Shown: piece after piece, positions 10,741 to 21,564 of the stretch
How the letters are laid out: each line of letters opens with the position of its first letter
Numbering within the stretch: the stretch's first letter is position 1
Assembly (NCBI GenBank): GCA_023334545.1
Contig: JAADVB010000153.1
Coordinates: 1-46,219 of the forward strand
Reading direction: 5' to 3'
DNA length: 46,219 nt
Origin: Salisapilia sapeloensis CBS 127946
Taxonomy: Eukaryota; Protista; Oomycota
Translations under genes and position numbers: made by a program
Notes under the pieces: model-generated
Seen by the model: the letters and a program-made list of their open reading frames with translations, nothing else
The model's database searches: none
What the model was told of the DNA's origin: nothing

Positions 10741-11830
10741 CTACAGTCTGCTCATGGCGTAGCTTGTCGCGACGCCAACTGCAGCGATGGAGGCAGCTCC
10801 GACGAGAAACTTTTCTGGACGTTGCGCGACGAGGATTGCCCATCGACCGAGAAATTTTGATTGAAAGCGAGGTTGGATGTCTTTGGTCATTGGCAAGTCC
10901 ATCTTGGATAGAGCGAAGATGTCACTAATGATCCGCATGGTTAGTCCCCACAAAACAAAGTCATGGATAGGTCGAGGGGATGTCATGTCTGCTTCTTGAC
11001 TAGACTCTCCTGGACGAGGCAGATAGATGCATCCGAAGACAATGTTGCCAGCTATGTACTTGATGCAACGGGATAAGCGAGGGTACTTTGCCATCCATCG
11101 CATCATCTCGTCACTTCGCCAAACGAGTTCATGATGTCGACGAGGGTCAAAGAGCTCCTGAACGTTCACCCAGAAAGCATCAGAGATTTCTTGCTCCTGC
11201 ACACGCGGCGCAAATGCCGATTTCTCAGCACATTCATCCATGAAAAACACTGACACAAGGCGCACTTAAGCATGAATAGATCTTTTTCTCTAGCTGATAG
11301 GAATGCATACCATGTGCAATGACCTGAAAGCTCCGCAAGTGCGTCTGGATTGGAGGTAGTGCACCCACCCATCGAACACATCTAGTCCATCAGATTAATC
11401 CTTGGTACACAATACAAGATCGAATTATAGCTACGGTTTTGATAGGTCCAGTCCCACTTCTTCCAATGTCTCTCTCTTGGCAGTATCCAGAGAGCTCTCC
11501 CATACTTCCTGACTCGACCCATCCACGCGCTCCGTCTTCTTGAGCTCCCGTTTACCACCTGGGAACGCAATTTGACCGCTCCAAGTATCACGTTCGTTTA
11601 TGCTACGCCTGACAAGCAACAGCTCTAAGGTCTCTTGACTTTCCTCTCGCCATCGAAAGATTGCCGCGACACAAGCTTTCTAGACAAGGAGATTGAGTGG
11701 TGTGATGGACTGATTGAGACGCATTTCCTACGGCATTAGGTTCCGTGTTTTTCACCAATTTGCGGTCTAGCAACGGGATTATGGACCTCAGCTGGGTGGC
11801 TGAGAGTGCTGAGGGAATGCGTTGCGTCAT
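10741..11830 (-). CDS. Nudix hydrolase, CoA-diphosphatase (PCD1/NUDT7-like) type; 4 exons, ~312 aa
   Basis: Exons 11830-11732, 11679-11435, 11381-11311 and 11264-10741 join in frame across GT-AG introns. Motifs ACVAAIF, RR...DTWSGQIAFPGG, AKRETLEEVGL and VLWGLT; C-terminus is -SRL. Confidence 0.8.
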
Positions 11831-12656
11831 ACTAGAGTACTTACTTCCCGCCTTTTTGCTGAGATTCCTGCCTCAATCGCACGTTGGGCGCTATCGGATG
11901 TTGAAGAGGACAATCATGAAGAGGTGTATTCCTATTTTAGACGCTCCGTTTGCTCCAAGATGGAAAGGTCCCTCGGATTGTTCACTAGCATGTGCTTTAT
12001 TCTACCTTTAAAACTAGTCTATCGCTGCTTTTGCTTCCTAGTCGCGTCTATTAGCTGTAGATAACTTTTTCACCTGCATCATACAGTTTTATCCCATTCT
12101 CTCCGGCATTCGATGGGTGTTACGTTCGACTATGGACGTCGTCGCAGTCGATTCTCCATTGCATCAGCAATACAAGAGAAAACTAGTCCCTATGTTACTA
12201 TGTACGGCAAAAGATACGCCGCTGACCATTGATATCGCCGTATACGATGCCATGAACGCTCCATTTAAAATCCGGCGCGCTGTACCTATGGTATTGGGTT
12301 CGTAAACCAACCTGTCCGTGCAAAGAGATATCTAGTCTGTCGTTCGGACAGAGAAATTGCGAGAAACGAACTCTGTCGACGCACGTTCGGCCGAACAGAG
12401 GTTGGGACGAGGTGGCATCTTGATTAAAATTTACCTTGCTCACGTTTCTTCCCCACATCGCTTTTTTATCTTGAGCGAAAGCGACAAGGAAGCAATTTCT
12501 CGTGCATCAGAACACTGCGCACCTTTCCTAAATTAGAGACAGCTCCCACGATCGGATTTTTACATCAACTCCAGTCAACACCAACCCAGTGGCATCTCCA
12601 AACCATCTTTTGCTCCCGTCCACGTACAGCCGACAGGTCACACGAGAAGGCTTGCC

Positions 12657-14609
12657 ATGGCAAAGCAAAAGTCATGGAGTGCAGTCGTGACAGGAGTGTC
12701 CTGTCAGTCGCCTCGACGATCGTCTTGGGATGAGCTGTCCACGTCTTCTTCGAGCGGACAGGAAGTCGACATGTTCGTGTGCACCAAGTCGAGCTCTCCA
12801 GAGAAGCCTACACATGTTGTCTTCAGCCCGACCTTGACATCGTCCTCGACGAATTCACCTAGGAGAAGCATCGACTCATCAGAAGAGCACGAATGCTTGA
12901 CAGCAAGTATCCAAGCTCTTGTCACCCAGTTGCAAGAAGACTTGCATCGTACAGAAGTGGCTAGAAACAAGCCGTACTGGTCTCTAGCGTCTAGGAAATA
13001 CCCGCATCTGAGCCACCCAGTGGTCCAACCAACGATGAATCCATCGACGACAAATCGAGACTTGGAGTGCTCTAACTCGCTCGTTCGATGGTCCAACGAG
13101 ATCTCTCCGCCCATTCGTAGCTTCGAGTGGGCTAGAAAGAAGAATGTGTTCAAGCATCTACAAGTTATCGTGAACGACTGGGCCTCCGAACTGCAGCGTG
13201 CAACCGATAGAAACGCTCGTTCCAAGCATGTGTGTCTGATGCTTGGAGGTAGCACGGAGCTTCGTGTCGGAGACATACACTCGGATCTGGACGTTGTGGC
13301 CTTGTGTCCATCCTGGATCTCCTCCACCACCTTCTTTTCGTCCTTGCCAAACTACTTGACGTCGTCCGCATCTCGATCTGTTTCCAATCTGGTCGTCATG
13401 GAGAACGCATCCATACCTCTCTTGACCTTTCATTTCCGTAACATTTCGTTCGACCTTCTTTTCGCTAGGTACCCAGCACCATCGGTCATGACGGTCGCTA
13501 GAACGCTTCACAATGACGACATGCTCGCCAATATGGATGCTGCTTCCATTCGATCACTCTCCGTCCCCCGTGTTGCCGAGTTGATCCAAGACCTCGTGCC
13601 AGATCGAGATCTCTTCCGTTCGTGCCTACGAATCGTACGGACATGGGCACATTGCCGAGGGATTTACTCGAATAAAGCAGGTTACTTGGGTGGCATGTCG
13701 TGGGCGATCCTCGTCGCATTTGGATGTCAAATGATTCCGAATGCAACCACGTGCCTCACGATCCTCCGGAACCTCTTCCAAGTGCTATCGACATGGAATT
13801 GGCCGACACCCATCCTCCTCTGTCATCCGTATGAAAATAAGAAGTATGAAATGAAGGACGGACAAGCTAGTCTGCAGTGGTGTCCTGAGAAGAACCGAGC
13901 GGATCAATCCCACTTGATGCCGATCTTGACGCCAGGATGGCCAGTCGCCAATACGGCCACGAACGTCAATTTGTCGACGAGAAACATACTCTTGTTTGAG
14001 TTTGGTCGAGCCTATCGGTTGTTGGTTAATGTAGAGACTGGGTCCTTGGCAGCATCGGTCTGGACCGAGCTGTTCTGCTGCTCAAAGTTTGCGCTCGTCT
14101 ACGACCACTACTTGGTTATTAATATGAACTCGGAGAGCGACTTTGACCTGGAAAAAGACGCTGGGTTTGTCCTAAGTCGATTGCGGAAACTGGTTGAAGC
14201 ATTGGAGGTGACGCCAAACATCCATGCGGTCCACTTGTCTGCTCAACTGGTGAAAACCAACCGCGTCGGACACGGATTCTACTTTCTTGGGTATGCTGTG
14301 GACAACTCGCTTCCACATAAGGAGACGGCGGGCAGCAAAGAGATGTCGAAGTCGACAGCGACAAGCATCGTCGAGTCTCCAGTACGATATTTTCTAGCAA
14401 CCGAGTTGGAGCGGGCGACGACGACGGAGGTATGCATCTCGTACTCGGCATGGCAGGAACTGCCGAGAGAGCTGTTTCCATTTGGAATGGAAGCAGCAAA
14501 AGCTCAGCGTGCACGATGTCTATTGTCGCATCTACATGACCAACATATTGCGAGTCTAGGTTGTGAGGAGTGGGCAAAGAAGAATCGGTACGCACAGCCT
14601 TTGATTTAA
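12657..14609 (+). CDS. Divergent canonical-family poly(A) polymerase, 650 aa, with a Ser-rich N-terminal extension
   Basis: GS..SDLD and FDLLFAR (catalytic Asp triad), IRSL, WAHCRGIYSNKAGYLGGMSWAILVA, WNWPTPILL, HLMPILTP and an RNA-binding-domain-like YDHYLVI...SRLRKLVEALE all align by eye with eukaryotic PAP. Confidence 0.85.
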   Translation: MAKQKSWSAVVTGVSCQSPRRSSWDELSTSSSSGQEVDMFVCTKSSSPEKPTHVVFSPTLTSSSTNSPRRSIDSSEEHECLTASIQALVTQLQEDLHRTEVARNKPYWSLASRKYPHLSHPVVQPTMNPSTTNRDLECSNSLVRWSNEISPPIRSFEWARKKNVFKHLQVIVNDWASELQRATDRNARSKHVCLMLGGSTELRVGDIHSDLDVVALCPSWISSTTFFSSLPNYLTSSASRSVSNLVVMENASIPLLTFHFRNISFDLLFARYPAPSVMTVARTLHNDDMLANMDAASIRSLSVPRVAELIQDLVPDRDLFRSCLRIVRTWAHCRGIYSNKAGYLGGMSWAILVAFGCQMIPNATTCLTILRNLFQVLSTWNWPTPILLCHPYENKKYEMKDGQASLQWCPEKNRADQSHLMPILTPGWPVANTATNVNLSTRNILLFEFGRAYRLLVNVETGSLAASVWTELFCCSKFALVYDHYLVINMNSESDFDLEKDAGFVLSRLRKLVEALEVTPNIHAVHLSAQLVKTNRVGHGFYFLGYAVDNSLPHKETAGSKEMSKSTATSIVESPVRYFLATELERATTTEVCISYSAWQELPRELFPFGMEAAKAQRARCLLSHLHDQHIASLGCEEWAKKNRYAQPLI

Positions 14610-15110
14610 ATACACAAGTTCATTTTTATTCATCTGCGGCTTGCATTTATATGATTTAAGTGTTCGACTAGCCCAGTGCAATAGTGCAATTCATAAGAGA
14701 TCTATCTCCTCTTCTTCTAGTGGTGTCCATAATACAGACTTTGGGTTTATAGAAGGCAGATCTTATCAGGTGAAAGAATAGGGAAAAGATGTGTCTGAAG
14801 AATATGACAGAGGTCGAGGTAGGTGTGATAGATAGTATCTACATCATCAAGATGCACTGCCAAGGCAAAAGAAGTATTTATGGATAAAGTAGTCGACATA
14901 TTCTTCTGATATAGATATACGATCAAAGTACAAGATACCAAGTTTCCATATCTTTCTCTTAACCGACCGCCTAATCATATACAACGAGTTTCAGACAGTT
15001 TTGGTACGATGAAAGCCATCGTTTCATGGTTTATTCCTTGCCATTTCCACCGACACGACATCGATGACGACAGAAAGCAAACCTAATAAAAAGAAACAAA
15101 CTGCAAATGT

Positions 15111-16675
15111 CTAAAGATCCACTTCCTGACCTACGTTCGATACCGCATTCTCCTTGTCCACGCGCTCATCCGTCTGCAGTTCCGGAATCTCGCCCAACGC
15201 GCCCAACGCGTCCTCCGTCTCTCCTCCCGCTTCCTCACCTTCTTTCGGCGCGTGAGAGGCATATCTATTCGTGTCGCTCGGAGACAACTTGGGAGATGTC
15301 GTCTGTCCTCCTGCCATAGTATTCGGCCTATCCGTCGGTGTCACATGCCCAATGCTGTTCATCGACTCGCGGCCAGTCGCATCCGCACTCGGTTTCGAGG
15401 CTTTTCTAGTCGCATCCGATTCCTGCGACGAAGCTGGTCGCTTCCGGTTATTTCCACTCGGACGGTGCTCTCTCGCACTAGACGCAGAAGCTCCAGCAGC
15501 ATTCAGAGGCATACTAGTCGGATTCGAAGGCATGTTCGTCGCATTCCCGCCATTTGACTTTGCGCGAGCATGCTGTGCCATCGGAACGATCGACTTGTAT
15601 AAGAACTGTTCAATCGCATCGAGAACAGACAGAGGGTGTGGGTTCGTCGGAGGTCGCTCATTCAATACTTGCACCGCCATGCTCAAATTCCGTCTTAATG
15701 CTTCCAACTTCTTCGCCTCGTCGCTACTCTCCATACCTCGTAACTCTTCCAATCTAGTCCGAATCACACTCGTTGCCGTGACAATGTCGGCAGCGTAGAT
15801 ACCTCGCATGGACGCCACGCGCTCCCAGTACACTTGCGCCGGCACTGGTGTCTCCTGTCCTGGTCGTCGACTCTGGTCTGCACTCGGCGTTGTTTGTGGT
15901 CCGTATGCCATCGACCGCATCTGGGCTTGGTACTGCTGGATCTGAGCTTCCAATTGCTGACATCGCGTCTGCCACTGCAAGAGCGAGTGTCGTTGGTTCC
16001 ACAGAAGCTCAATCAAGTTACTCTTCGTCAGTTGCTGGACGTGAGCTGTGAACTCTTGGAGCGATCGAGGCGTAGAGGACGGTGGCGCACCCGTGTTTGC
16101 GACTGGAGGCTGCATCCCACTGGAGTAGCTAGTCGTTCGATTGGCAAATCCGATCTCTTGGTACAAGAGACTATTGATCTGATCCGACAGTGCTTGCGCG
16201 TATTCCTCCTACGCTAGAGCTTAGTAGATGCGTTGGAAGAATGGTAGTGGTTGGGACGTACCTTGGAAGAGGCTTTGAGCCAAATGCTGTACTCGATGTT
16301 GCCAGCGTTGTCTCGAAGGACGGCATCGTCCTGGTCTCGATACGTCTCTCGTAGTTGGGAATATCTATCGATTTTTTATAAGATCATGATGTGGATGGAT
16401 CGGATGTAGGTAGGAAGATGTCGCCATCCATCACATGATGACGATGTCATGCAGGATCACGCCAGTCCAACACTACGACCACGTAGATGGAAAAGAACGT
16501 ACAGGTCATGAAGACATCGTTGTCGTGTTGCATGGTCCACATCGTTCGGCATCTTCTGTGCTGCCGCTGGCGTGCCGGAGGATGCCGAATGGGATGAATT
16601 GGAACTCGGTGCAACCTGTGGTACTTGCTGACTACGTTGGTGGCTAGAACTGTCATGTCTCGTCGTGTCTACCAT
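15111..16675 (-). CDS. KIX-domain, Mediator Med15-like coactivator; 3 exons, ~457 aa
   Basis: Exons 16675-16503, 16364-16262 and 16208-15111 (introns gtacgt..tag, 138 and 53 nt) join in frame. The joined sequence DHATRQRCLHDLYSQLRETY..LRDNAGNIEYSIWLKASSKEEYAQALSDQINSLL fits the three-helix KIX pattern. A Q-rich coil and a helical domain (VYWERVASMRGIY...KKLEALRRNL) resembling the plant MED15 central domain follow. The track start at 16166 is TTG and not a real start. Confidence 0.7.
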
Positions 16676-17167
16676 AAAAGAGCATGCGATAAAGGTGAGT
16701 ACGACTGATGGAGGTAGATGTAGGTGGAAAGTTTATAGCGTACCAGTCATGGGTCGAGATCCAGCTGCGTCGCCAGCAGCTTTAGTAGATTGTAATTGCT
16801 TTGTATGGTCCATTGATTAGCAACTTGGTTTTGCTCACGCCTCGAGTTGTGTCTCCACCACCAATTGCTACGACAAAACCTCGGATGGTTGAAAAGGAAG
16901 AACGAAAGCACAGGCCAGTGTCTGTAACAAGAGCGTTTCCTTTTTCACTTGTACGTGCGACTTAGACAATATGATCGCCCACTCTTGCCGCTTGCGATGT
17001 GTACCCGCGGCTTCCACGAGATGATAACGAAGGACTTGGTTGACAGGAAAAAGACGATCATTTCGTATCCACCAATTGGAGTCAAGAAGAACGTGTTTCC
17101 GCCAATCGTCTCGATTATGTTGGAGGTTTGTATAGTGGGACATCAAATGGAAACGTACTGGTACTGT

Positions 17168-18312
17168 CTATTGCTTTAGCGTGTCTTTATTGTCGCGAGG
17201 CAGAACGGAAGGACCTTGGTCCTGCACACCTTGCCACTGCGGCGCCTTGCTGTAAGCGTACACAGCAAAGTTCACGAGCGCTGCACCGATGACGAATTGC
17301 ACCGTCGGCATAGTGTCGAAGATAAAGATGGACATTATGACGCTGAGCACGACAGCAATGGAAGTTGCAAAGCCCTTCAAGATGTTGTCCGCATATTTGA
17401 CCACGACAGCCGTAAGTAGGCCGCCGAATGCGCTCGTACATATTGCTGCCCAGACCACGGGTCGATATCCGTAGAAGAAACCTTGCAGTTGGAGGAAATC
17501 CCAGTCGTTATAGAGCAGCCCGACACCGGCTAATAGGACGCTTGCGACACCCATCTGCGTATTCCGCTCCCACAGCGAGGTAACGTTGCCAGAGTTCTTC
17601 AATATCCGTTCAAAGTAAACACCAGCAAAACCCGAGCAGCAACATGCAGCTAGGACCGCAATCAGTCCGAGGGTTCTGTTTTGACCAGAGGCATTCGGAT
17701 GGTCCAATGGGCTCTCGGTTTTCGGCCCCGTCTCGGTCGCAGAGCTTGGGGATGAAGGGTCGTCCAGCTGTACGAGCGATACGCCAGCCATGAGCACGAC
17801 GATAGCTGTCCATTGCAACGGCAAGATCTTTTTGCCAAGCATCGTCACGGAAAAAAGAGCAGTCGTCAAGATTTTAAGCTGGTAGAAGATCTGGAAGGCA
17901 GCTGCATCCAGATTCGTTGCGGCAACATACTGGAGGTTGTTCTGGATGACGTAGAGGAACGCAGGGACGGACACACGTAGTAATTCTGGGGTGTGGAAGA
18001 TGATCCGGAGAGACTCATCAAAGGAGCGAGGTCCTTTGCCTGCTGATTCCGGTGGATACTACACATGTCAAGTAACGATCAGAAGTGTAATTCGATGCTG
18101 GGAAGACATGTACATACTTGACAAAGCACAAAGATGCACACGATGAGCTTCAAAATCTCGCTAGTGAAGACTGCGGTCGATTTGTTAAACTGGGGAAAGT
18201 CGCCGACGCGAGAGAGGCGCATGAGGATCGCCAAGAGACTGTTCTGAAGGCATAGTATGAGCAGACTGGCGTACTTGAGCGACGTTGCCTTCCGGGCCTC
18301 CGCTGCATCCAT
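17168..18312 (-). CDS. SLC35A-family nucleotide-sugar (UDP-galactose/CMP-sugar-like) transporter; 2 exons, 361 aa
   Basis: Exons 18312-18118 and 18058-17168 (intron gtatgt..tag). Motifs STAVFTSEILKL, VPAFLYVIQNNLQY, YQLKILTTALF, SGFAGVYFERILK and VVKYADNILKGFATS. Confidence 0.92.
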
Positions 18313-18968
18313 ATCTGCGCTCACAGGAGGATATCAAGTAGTGCACTGACTAGGCTGAAGCTGTCTCAATTTTGCCAATCAATAGCCAAGACCTCAACCA
18401 CGATCAGGCGTTGTCGTGTAACCGCTGTTGTGTAAATGTGAAGTCGTGTACCTGTGGTGTGCCACACCGATGAATGGAGTGATTTCCTTGAGAAGAGCAC
18501 GTTTAGTTTTTGGGCACGCATAGAGAAACTCGAGTGTGAGCCATAGCGTAATACTACGAGATGGTTGTCGATAAAGCTCATCCACGCGCTCCAAAATGTG
18601 TTAATATTGTGGTACTCCCGCTTCGCTATTTTACGTAGTTTGACTTCAGGCCGTATAGAAAATATCCAATAAAGATGGTGCGAACTGTTTTAAAAAGGCT
18701 CGGCACAAGCTAAAATACAGCTGGTAGTAAAATAGTACAACTCACATTGCAGTTAGCTTGAAGCTGCAATAATCGGTTTATTTAAGCTGCCAGAAGTGGA
18801 CTTCCATCTATACAAAATCAGTACTTTAGAATCACAAAGTGGCTAATTGCCCAAGTTCAACAATGCGATTGTTGACTGATGATGGCACGCGATACTCTAC
18901 CACAACAACTCTAGTACACTATTTTCTTATCAAGTTTAGATCACACAGAGCTCTTCAAAGTCTACAGG

Positions 18969-19895
18969 ATGCACTCCGTCGTTTCTTCTTCGAATGGGTC
19001 TTCACAAAAGGTCGGGTTTAAGGACCATAGCTTTGACAAGTATGTCGATGTCTACGATAGCGTTCTGACACGACTTACGCATCCATGGGCGCAAGAGTCC
19101 ATTAAAATCATGCAAGACTCCATTCAGACGCAACTGGAAGCAACTATTAATCGTGTTGAACCTTTCACGTTCCTCGACGCTGGTGCAGGCACCGGAACGC
19201 TTACGCTGGAAATGATGCAAGCTCTGCCGATTCAAAGCATTCCATCCGTCAAAATGATCGCTGCAGATACATCCAGTTCAATGTTGGATCGCTTGAAGAC
19301 TCATATGGAAGATATTTTTTCGGAGAAGTTTACTGCTTCAATCGAGTACATGGTGACGGACTGTCAAACGCTGGAGAAAGTAGATGATGCATCCGTCAAT
19401 GTCATCGGATCGAACTTTGCCATGGCCTTCTTTCCTGACGTTCAAACGACGTGGTTGAATGCTTTCCGTGTTCTCAAGAAAGGAGGTATCATCTTTGCCA
19501 CGATCTGGGATAACGAAAGTGCTAACTTCAAATGGAACAACGGTATCGTCGCGAAAGTCAATAAATATCTGCAGCAGGATGAAAAACTTTCAACAGTTCA
19601 TCTCGATTGGTCCATTGCCGCAGACCTGCTAATCGAAGCAGGTTTTCAAGATGTCACGGTTCACCATATGAGCCACACTTTGCATATCAAAGATCGAGAA
19701 GAGCTTGTTTACGCTATAGCAGGTGCAGCGAAGAAAGCAAATGAAGTGCTCGGCGAAGAGGGTGCTAAAAGAGCTGTTCAGGATATCTTTGAAGAGGAAG
19801 CCAAAACGACCATGTACAAGTCCAATGGTGAATATGCCACTGGCGCCATCGACCTGGACATGCGAGCTCATATTATCTGCGGCTCAAAACTCTAG
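18969..19895 (+). CDS. Class I SAM-dependent methyltransferase, 308 aa, intronless; substrate unknown
   Basis: Motif I FLDAGAGTG, acidic AADTSSSML, DCQTL, and post-II FAMAFFPD..AFRVLKKGG. Confidence 0.85.
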   Translation: MHSVVSSSNGSSQKVGFKDHSFDKYVDVYDSVLTRLTHPWAQESIKIMQDSIQTQLEATINRVEPFTFLDAGAGTGTLTLEMMQALPIQSIPSVKMIAADTSSSMLDRLKTHMEDIFSEKFTASIEYMVTDCQTLEKVDDASVNVIGSNFAMAFFPDVQTTWLNAFRVLKKGGIIFATIWDNESANFKWNNGIVAKVNKYLQQDEKLSTVHLDWSIAADLLIEAGFQDVTVHHMSHTLHIKDREELVYAIAGAAKKANEVLGEEGAKRAVQDIFEEEAKTTMYKSNGEYATGAIDLDMRAHIICGSKL

Positions 19896-20521
19896 ATGTC
19901 CAGCTTGTCATCTTAAAAAGAAATAGTATGAAGTAGAACGCAGCACTTTGAACGTTTCAAAATTGAAAACAGGTGAAATTTATTACTGTGTCTACAAGCG
20001 ATTCAATCTTCTTTTCGTGATCCTGATTCATACACGCACACAGAAAGGGAACAGTTAGAGCACCTAAACTGGCGTTCAAGGCAAAAAGAATTGAACTGTC
20101 TATGTTTTATCAAGAGTAGAAAACAAGTCCGCAGCAATACACTGTCTAGTACCTCTGGCCAAGGAACAATTCTGTAGAGCTAGTAACGACTGATTGATTA
20201 ATGTATCTTACAATGGTGATAAGACTTCCTTTAAAACAGAGTAAAGTCGTTTACATATCTTAAGTTTTAGTAAGCCGAAGTAGATTCCGTAAGTAGACGT
20301 GTATTTTGTTTAACAAAGGCATCTTGTCCAGGTAGGATGAAGAGTATGAACATGAAGATAGATTATGCACAGCAATCGAGGTCTAGAGATACAGAACACT
20401 GTACATGTAATTGTTCAATCTCAAAAGTGGCTGCAAAACTTGTAGCAGTTACCCATGCTGTTGCCAAATATCTATAAGCTACCAAGCCACAACTTTCCAC
20501 AGATGGACATATTCGTACATA

Positions 20522-20983
20522 CTATACCAGATCATCTTCATCATCCATGGAAAATGACAAGAGCTTCTTGTTGCTAACAGCAACCGCATCCTTTCGCTTG
20601 CGTTTCTTTCCTGGCTGTTGCTTTTTGTTCTTACTTCCTGCGCCAACACCAGCGACGGCTTGACTCGATTTCTTTTTCTTCTCTGCGTCTTCATTAGCAT
20701 CCTCATCCGCTCCAGCTGCAGTCGCCAAGCGCTCACCCTTTTCTTTTTCTTTCGCCAAGTACTCATCTACAGCCGCTTGCTGCACCTCATCCAGTCCTTC
20801 TTCGTCTTCCTCTTCTTCTTGCTTCGGGATCTTGGCATCAATGGCAGGTGGTTGCTCAAACTTTTGCAAAAACTTTGGTACGATGCGCGTGTACTCAGGA
20901 CCTCCATTTCGGCGAAATTTGCCGCTAGGTGCTTCACGTGTACCTCGAAACGTGCCATCCTGCTTCCATAAATCGTCGTCCAT
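20522..20983 (-). CDS. Small charged protein, DUF4604/KIAA1143-like, 153 aa
   Basis: ATG start; N-terminal YTRIVPKFLQKF and C-terminal NKKLLSFSMDDEDD resemble the conserved ends of that family; basic NLS-like KKRKRK. Confidence 0.6.
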   Translation of the reverse strand: MDDDLWKQDGTFRGTREAPSGKFRRNGGPEYTRIVPKFLQKFEQPPAIDAKIPKQEEEEDEEGLDEVQQAAVDEYLAKEKEKGERLATAAGADEDANEDAEKKKKSSQAVAGVGAGSKNKKQQPGKKRKRKDAVAVSNKKLLSFSMDDEDDLV

Positions 20984-21505
20984 GGTTTGTTGTCAGTTTT
21001 GGTGTTAGGAATATCGAGTATGAGGGCCTGTGATATCGTATATGACAGGTCTTTTATGAATGGAGCATTTCTACGCTCGAATCTACCCGAGTACTATGTG
21101 GATCTCTATTTTCATGCTGGTGGTAGTAATGTGCAAGCGCCCCATCTCATGAACTCTCGGTTCAATCCATTCGTACGGTGCCTTAGATGCTGTATTCGAA
21201 ATTACTCTATTCCAATCTGAAGTTGGATGTCATAAGGGATGTGGCGTCGCGCATGACGACTTTTCACAGGAAACCCTAGGTGTCCTCGTCTCAACGCTTT
21301 TACAGACAGATTCTCCAACTTCCTACTACCGCTGACAGATTCATTTCGTTGACTGCGCGTTGTCTTACCACTCGTATCGAATCTTTATAACATCCGGTCA
21401 TTTAGTACATGAAAAGCTGCACGGCAATGAACAATGAGCCAGGTCACCTAGTAATTTCGACAGGTCAAAGTCTCGACACAAACCCCGCTTGAAAACTGCA
21501 GCAGT

Positions 21506-21521
21506 TCATTCTGCAATTTGC
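21506..21521 (+). promoter_or_regulatory. Oomycete INR+FPR core promoter of the phosphate transporter
   Basis: TCATTCT-GC-AATTTGC is an exact match to YCAYTYY-NN-MWTTTNC, 43 nt upstream of ATG 21565. Confidence 0.8.
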
Positions 21522-21564
21522 ACGCACCGACTCACCTGCTCTTCCAAACAAACTCCATCTCACG

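Noticed and set aside
12704-13330. 208-aa antisense ORF in PAP, 175-aa antisense ORF in the KIX gene, and the many short overlapping ORFs
   Set aside because: These are shadow ORFs of real genes; many track starts are TTG or GTG, which are not credible in this eukaryote.
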